A stretch of DNA of 64,000 nucleotides from a virus: positions 1-64,000 of IMG/VR virus record IMGVR_UViG_3300037467_000284; one strand, 5' to 3'. Each line of letters opens with the position of its first letter. Positions within the stretch are counted from its first letter, which is position 1. The position numbers and the translations under genes were made by a program. The notes beneath the pieces are model-generated. The model saw nothing but the letters and a program-made list of their open reading frames with translations. It had not been told where the DNA came from and did no database searches. Below are positions 59,622 through 64,000 of this stretch, piece after piece.

Positions 59622-60022
59622 TGGCAGCACTCGTAGAATACAGCCGAGAAATCGGTCCTCTGGTTCGCCAGATCGAAACCAAGAAGCAAATCCTGAAAGA
59701 CTTCAAGACCACTGACGAGAAGGCTATCGAGTTGGCCCAGAATGTCGCTGATGGACAGGCCGAACTGAAGAAGTACGTTGCTGAGCAGAACAAGGAACTG
59801 CTCGATGAAATCAAGGCACTGGAAGGCGAGCTAAAGCAAGCAGTACAAGCTGCGGCCCGTTCTACCAAGGACACCGACCGTCCGTTCACTGTCGGAGAAC
59901 TGAAGCCCTACTTCAAGGCTCGTAATAAGCCTCACGAAATGGGCAAGCCGTCTCCTGTCAAGAAGGTCATCGTGAAGGGTGATACGTTCGAAGAACTGGA
60001 AACCAAAATCGGGAAGGACTAA
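59621..60022 (+). CDS. hypothetical coiled-coil protein
   Basis: 133 aa with a GAAGGAG RBS. Confidence 0.6.
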   Translation: MAALVEYSREIGPLVRQIETKKQILKDFKTTDEKAIELAQNVADGQAELKKYVAEQNKELLDEIKALEGELKQAVQAAARSTKDTDRPFTVGELKPYFKARNKPHEMGKPSPVKKVIVKGDTFEELETKIGKD

Positions 60023-60023
60023 T

Positions 60024-60185
60024 ATGTTCTGGATTATCCCTCTAATCATTACCATCGTTGCTTTAGTTTGGTCGGTAATCGAAGCTAGCGATACATACGG
60101 GCTTGCCATCTGGATTATCGGTATCCCGGCTACTCTGCTTAGCTGGCTGATCTATTTCGCCTTGAGGGCTTGGGGCGTAATGTGA
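60024..60185 (+). CDS. small two-helix membrane protein
   Basis: ATG at 60024 (MFWIIPLIITIVALVW...). Confidence 0.5.
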   Translation: MFWIIPLIITIVALVWSVIEASDTYGLAIWIIGIPATLLSWLIYFALRAWGVM

Positions 60186-60436
60186 AGTGGCTCCGTGTTG
60201 TTGAACGGGGTAATCGTCAAATCCTGCTGACGACAGAAAAGGAATCTGAAACGGGCGGCTACCTAGTCATCATCGAAACACACTTTCAAGGTGATCAGTT
60301 CGTATCGCTAGCGATTGAAGGTTTCGAATCCCGACCTTCAGCCTACGCCGGTATGATGGGCCTATCTGACGATGAGATAATGGCGAACATTACCAACGTC
60401 CTAGACGCTCTTTCTGACACTGGAGATAGCGAGTAA
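60182..60436 (+). CDS. hypothetical protein
   Basis: GTG at 60182 overlapping the upstream stop. The track lists a TTG at 60170. Confidence 0.45.
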   Translation: MKWLRVVERGNRQILLTTEKESETGGYLVIIETHFQGDQFVSLAIEGFESRPSAYAGMMGLSDDEIMANITNVLDALSDTGDSE

Positions 60437-60474
60437 TAAAAAAGGAGGGAGGACCGCAATAGTCCTTCCCTCCC
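60437..60474. terminator. hairpin terminator at the convergence point of the rightward and leftward modules
   Basis: AAAAAA-GGAGGGAGGAC-7 nt-GTCCTTCCCTCC. The U-tract is present on the minus-strand transcript only. Confidence 0.7.
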
Positions 60475-60496
60475 AACGCCCTACCACAGAGCAACC

Positions 60497-61057
60497 TTAC
60501 TTTTTCACAACATCAGCTGGGACAGACTGAGCCAGTAGCTTCGTCTTCTCAGCGCTCCCTGAAGTGCTACCAAAGTAGTATGTCACCGTAGCAATCCATG
60601 CTGTACCCAACGATCCCAACATAATGTTGAGGATATCCCTACTCTCGGCTGGCACTCTCGCTAGCATCAGGAACACTAGAACTCCGAAAAACCCTGCTGT
60701 GATTGAGTATGCAAGGTTACGGGGAGTCTTGTCCTTCACTTCCATTTCTCGCTTACGAGCTGAGTCCCGGTCACTAGTAGCTAGTGCTTCCAGCTTTTCG
60801 ATGCTGTCAAACCCCAGCTTTGCCATATTCTCAGCATGCTCTGCATCAGCCTTCTTCAAGGCCAGCAGTTGATCCGCATTAGCCCCGCTTAGAGCCGCTG
60901 TAAGGGCCGTTTGCCTGTCACTGGTACTTCCATCCCCACTCAGGCCGAAAACGCTTTCTAGGGCCGTTATAGCCGTTGAGGCAAGGGGTCCACCAATGGT
61001 GGCTGCGATTGTAGGGGCCAACGTAGTCAGCATTCCCTTTACACTATTCCAATCCAT
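60497..61057 (-). CDS. holin (3TM, DUF3154/GTA-holin-like)
   Basis: 186 aa. It has an N-terminal Gly/Ala-rich hydrophobic region, a central charged helix and C-terminal TM helices. It lies directly downstream of the endolysin. The family call is from memory. Confidence 0.55.
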   Translation of the reverse strand: MDWNSVKGMLTTLAPTIAATIGGPLASTAITALESVFGLSGDGSTSDRQTALTAALSGANADQLLALKKADAEHAENMAKLGFDSIEKLEALATSDRDSARKREMEVKDKTPRNLAYSITAGFFGVLVFLMLARVPAESRDILNIMLGSLGTAWIATVTYYFGSTSGSAEKTKLLAQSVPADVVKK

Positions 61058-61058
61058 A

Positions 61059-61616
61059 TCAATCTCCCTTTACTTTCACCCGGTTTAGGAACCATCCGAA
61101 CAAGAAGGCTTCTTGAGACGGCTTAGCCTTAGCCAGTTCGATGTACCGGCTACCTTGCATCACATTGAGCATACGGAGCAACACAAGCTCTCCGTCCTTG
61201 CCCCGTTTGAGCATGTAGGCTCCTAGCGCATTCAACGTAGCTGGGCCAATCGCCTTATCTTCCGGGATATCTTTGTAGTCCACTTCCTGTCGATTCAGAA
61301 GATTCAGACAGGATTGTAGGATGCCTTCAGCGAAGGACACTCCGCAGTTCACTCCTGTGTCAGTCAATTCCGCAGCCACTTCCGGGGACAGCATTGCTAC
61401 CTTGTCGAACTTCGGTTCGAAGTAGTAGCGGTTCATATAAACTTGACGGGCGAAGCTTTCAGGCATGTCTTTCATCGCTCCATTGTAGCCGTTCTTTCGT
61501 GCTACAACTTCAGTGATGCCATACTTGGTAGCTCCGCCTGCGTCATTTTCGTCATTTACGTATCCACCCTCTGCTTTGAGGATGTCGTCAATGATCTTAT
61601 CAACGACATTATCCAT
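61059..61616 (-). CDS. endolysin, GH108 N-acetylmuramidase with PG-binding domain
   Basis: ILKAEGGYVNDENDAGGATKYGIT is the GH108 signature. The C-terminal half resembles PG_binding_3. Confidence 0.8.
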   Translation of the reverse strand: MDNVVDKIIDDILKAEGGYVNDENDAGGATKYGITEVVARKNGYNGAMKDMPESFARQVYMNRYYFEPKFDKVAMLSPEVAAELTDTGVNCGVSFAEGILQSCLNLLNRQEVDYKDIPEDKAIGPATLNALGAYMLKRGKDGELVLLRMLNVMQGSRYIELAKAKPSQEAFLFGWFLNRVKVKGD

Positions 61617-61619
61617 GTC

Positions 61620-61964
61620 TTACTCCTTACGCAACGCTTCAAACATGATCCTGATTTGTGTCAGGATGTTGGTTTCAGTGGTACGGATTTGCTCGCCAAG
61701 TCGTTCAGCCATTTGCTGCATCTCCCTGTCGTGCCTTGACTCAAGCTTATTAATCATCTTTTCGCCGTCCTCTTTCACAGCATTCAACTCCTGTGCCCAA
61801 CGGGCTTCGGCCTCTTGTAGCCTGTCATTGTCAGCTTTTCCTCTGATTTGTTCTGCCTGTTCCTTAGCTTCATTTCGTACCATGCTCCAAATAATGCCGC
61901 TAAGCGATGCAATAATCGTCACTGCACCCGTCAGTACCCATACCAATGTTTCTACATTCGGCAT
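61620..61964 (-). CDS. membrane-anchored coiled-coil protein (possible lysis accessory or i-spanin-like)
   Basis: One N-terminal TM helix, then a charged coiled coil. It sits in the lysis cluster. No lipoprotein partner was found. Confidence 0.45.
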   Translation of the reverse strand: MPNVETLVWVLTGAVTIIASLSGIIWSMVRNEAKEQAEQIRGKADNDRLQEAEARWAQELNAVKEDGEKMINKLESRHDREMQQMAERLGEQIRTTETNILTQIRIMFEALRKE

Positions 61965-61991
61965 TTTTATTTACCCTTCTCTCTAGTGGTG

Positions 61992-62480
61992 TTACGGCTT
62001 CAATGCCATCAGCATCGTTCCGGTGATGTGTCCTGCGTCTTCGCGGAAGGCATCTCTACCAGCTTTGGCTAGCGCAGCAGCAGCCAGTTCAAAACAGAAC
62101 CATTTATCCGGTTCCATCCATTCCCTGTCTGGAGCTAGTGATAGGCCCAAAGCCCCCCACCAGTCGTAAGGTAGTCCAACTTGAGTACGAGCCCAAGCCA
62201 GTCCTGCTTCTGCGTCTGGTACGTAGAAATCAATCTCTTCGACAACAGTTAGCCCTTTAAGAGCTACGTCCTTGTGAGCACGACGAACGCCATGCTCCAT
62301 TGATGCTTCGATAAAATAGTCACCGTCCTTAATAAGACAGTGCGATACGGATGCTACGTGGAAGCGAGTCTTAGGTAGCCCCCATCGGATCAAATACGAT
62401 CCGGGGTTCCATTCGCGCTTCGTGAATACTACGGTAATCGAATCGGCACTGTTAGCCTTATCGACGGTGATCTTATCCAT
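61992..62480 (-). CDS. permuted papain-fold (NlpC/P60 or YiiX-like) peptidase
   Basis: His-containing SVSHCLI motif upstream of the WFCFELAAAAL Cys motif, a permuted order. Confidence 0.5.
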   Translation of the reverse strand: MDKITVDKANSADSITVVFTKREWNPGSYLIRWGLPKTRFHVASVSHCLIKDGDYFIEASMEHGVRRAHKDVALKGLTVVEEIDFYVPDAEAGLAWARTQVGLPYDWWGALGLSLAPDREWMEPDKWFCFELAAAALAKAGRDAFREDAGHITGTMLMALKP

Positions 62481-62554
62481 GCTATATTTCCCTACTTATT
62501 ATTTAGCTTTAGCTTATTGTTGGCTTAGAGGGTTTACCCTAAAGGGGTTTCCCT

Positions 62555-62953
62555 TTAAAGGGTAGCAGCTAGGATGAATAGGTTGTCCACTTCGCTTTCT
62601 GTCATTCCGAGAGCGGAGCCCATCATTTTAGTAATGGGACGATCCCTTTCTACAGCGCTTGAGTAGTCCCATTCAATTTGGGCTTCCTCTTTTTGTGGGC
62701 TTGGCATAGAAGCAATCGCTGCATCTACGCTTCCCAGTTTCCCGGCTTGTAATAGTGCTAGGCGAGCTTGTCGCATGGTCACTGAGCTAGGTACTGCTGG
62801 GACAGGGGCAGGGTCATCTACCACCTCTTCCTCTACTCCCATAGCAGCCCGGTTATCTGCATCATAAAACCAACCCACCGGATACTGAACATCGCCAATA
62901 ATATGAGTGCGGTTGATATCGAACGGCTCTCCGTTAAGTGTGTATTGAATCAT
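62555..62953 (-). CDS. DUF4376-like tail-fibre-associated protein
   Basis: The C-terminus ...MRQARLALLQAGKLGSVDAAIASMPSPQKEEAQIEWDYSSAVERDRP... matches the pattern seen in tail fibre assembly and accessory proteins. Confidence 0.55.
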   Translation of the reverse strand: MIQYTLNGEPFDINRTHIIGDVQYPVGWFYDADNRAAMGVEEEVVDDPAPVPAVPSSVTMRQARLALLQAGKLGSVDAAIASMPSPQKEEAQIEWDYSSAVERDRPITKMMGSALGMTESEVDNLFILAATL

Positions 62954-62962
62954 TTTGCTCCT

Positions 62963-63997
62963 TTAAAAGAACGCAGCGAAGTTTGGCAGCGCCTTGAAGA
63001 ATGTGATGTTGCTATTGTTACCAAGGTCGGTAGAAGCGCGAGCAATGAACGTGCTAGCTGGCGAGCCGTTGATGTCTTTAATCGAGCAGTAATCCATGTA
63101 TGCCGCCCCGCCACCAGTCTTGGTCAGCGTAGTTTTAAAACCGGCACTAGCTGACTTAACCGTGATGCCGTTTCCGAAAACCCCGTTAAACGCGAAGGAA
63201 CCAGCGGTGAACCCGCCAGAGCCGGGGAAACTCACCACACTGCCTGCGGCGACAGTCAGGCTAGAGTAAGAGCCACCGGCGAGGAAGACGCCTCCAGTGC
63301 CTGTGCCTGTAATTTGAAGCGATGTGTTCCCTGCCGTGCCGGAGGCATAAGAATCAAGTGTCTTACTTGTAGCACTGGTGTCTGTAACTTGTACAGTGCA
63401 GCCCGGTGAACTGCTGGTTGTGAAAGACGTACCATCATAAAGAGTTCCCGTCCCTGTAAACGTCCATGTACCAGTTCCCATCAAAACACGGACTGTTGCA
63501 TTACTGCCTGCTGCCCAAGGGTTAGTCAGTTTACCCAGCGTTACATTCTTGTTGTTGCAATTGAGGTCAAATGGCGCGTTAGTCACACCATCCGAATAGT
63601 ACACATCCTGCAATACGACACTCCCAGTCACCACAATGTCCGACGCAAGAGATACGGTATTCCCAACATTCAACTGACCAATAGAGACACCTGAAGCAGT
63701 GAGTGTGGTAATGGTCGGATCAATGCTAGACGACTTAGCCAGCGTGAGCGTGGCAACACTAGCCGTCCCCGTAAGGTTGCAAGCATTGTTTGCCAATGCT
63801 GTTACAGACAGTGTGCTTGTGAACGTCATCGCTGCTGCGCCGGTCGTGTTGATCGAACTGCACGGGCCTGCTACGATAGAGCGGGCCGCTCCAGAGTTAG
63901 CGTCAAAAATAACGTCAGAGCCTACGACCGGATAGTTGCCGTTAGACGGCCCACCAGATGTATTAGACCATCCCCCAACTGTATTCCAGTTTGTCAT
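62963..63997 (-). CDS. tail fibre / tailspike-like protein
   Basis: 344 aa. It is Ser/Thr/Gly/Asn-rich with repetitive beta-strand-like segments (TGTGTWTFTGTGT). It sits in the tail and lysis module. Confidence 0.6.
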   Translation of the reverse strand: MTNWNTVGGWSNTSGGPSNGNYPVVGSDVIFDANSGAARSIVAGPCSSINTTGAAAMTFTSTLSVTALANNACNLTGTASVATLTLAKSSSIDPTITTLTASGVSIGQLNVGNTVSLASDIVVTGSVVLQDVYYSDGVTNAPFDLNCNNKNVTLGKLTNPWAAGSNATVRVLMGTGTWTFTGTGTLYDGTSFTTSSSPGCTVQVTDTSATSKTLDSYASGTAGNTSLQITGTGTGGVFLAGGSYSSLTVAAGSVVSFPGSGGFTAGSFAFNGVFGNGITVKSASAGFKTTLTKTGGGAAYMDYCSIKDINGSPASTFIARASTDLGNNSNITFFKALPNFAAFF

Positions 63998-64000
63998 GGA

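Overview
This window reads as part of a tailed dsDNA phage genome from a Gram-negative, proteobacteria-type host. All calls come from manual reading of the ORF track, motifs recalled from memory, RBS and promoter inspection and hand alignment. No database search was possible.

Layout:
- (1) 1-1600: leftward genes (an HNH homing endonuclease and a small helical protein) behind tandem sigma70-type promoters and an AT-rich control region.
- (2) 1613-7083: rightward cassette with a serine recombinase, a RelA/SpoT-type HD small alarmone hydrolase, an RtcB RNA ligase and small membrane proteins.
- (3) 7834-9367: ORF-poor tract packed with about 25 GC-stem, 3-nt-loop mini-hairpins (core GCC-ATA-GGC).
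- (4) 9523-16839: visibly more AT-rich leftward operon of about 20 small genes, including ArdA anti-restriction and a DoxX-like membrane protein. Conserved intercistronic stem-loops sit between several genes.
- (5) 16850-18270: 1.4-kb ORF-free region with four perfect and several near-perfect DnaA boxes around a 15-bp iteron set.
- (6) 18407-22924: leftward block of hypothetical genes. It is bracketed by a roughly 70-bp direct repeat at 18271 and 23629.
- (7) 23799-60436: long rightward replication and nucleotide-metabolism module driven by at least 14 near-consensus sigma70 promoters.
  - Replication and repair genes: ATP DNA ligase, AP2-type endonuclease-like protein, RNA ligase, ThyX-like protein, T7 gp4-like primase-helicase, DUF5664-type dNTP pyrophosphohydrolase, UvrD-like helicase, family A DNA polymerase, SSB ending in DDDIPF, gp6-like exonuclease, HNH endonuclease and a metallophosphoesterase. 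A tRNA-Arg(UCU) also lies here.
  - Nucleotide and NAD genes: MazG-like protein, single-subunit RNR plus glutaredoxin, SLOG/DUF2493 protein, Prs-like plus NAMPT-like pair, vWA protein and a macrodomain protein.
- (8) 60497-64000: convergent leftward lysis and tail genes (3TM holin, GH108 endolysin, papain-fold peptidase, DUF4376-like protein, tail fibre).

Signals most worth follow-up:
- the hairpin array;
- the DnaA-box and iteron region;
- the AT-rich ArdA island bounded by these two structured tracts;
- the Prs/NAMPT (NAD+ reconstitution-type) cluster with SLOG, vWA and macrodomain neighbours;
- the alarmone-hydrolase and RtcB pair;
- the 5.36-kb-spaced direct repeats.
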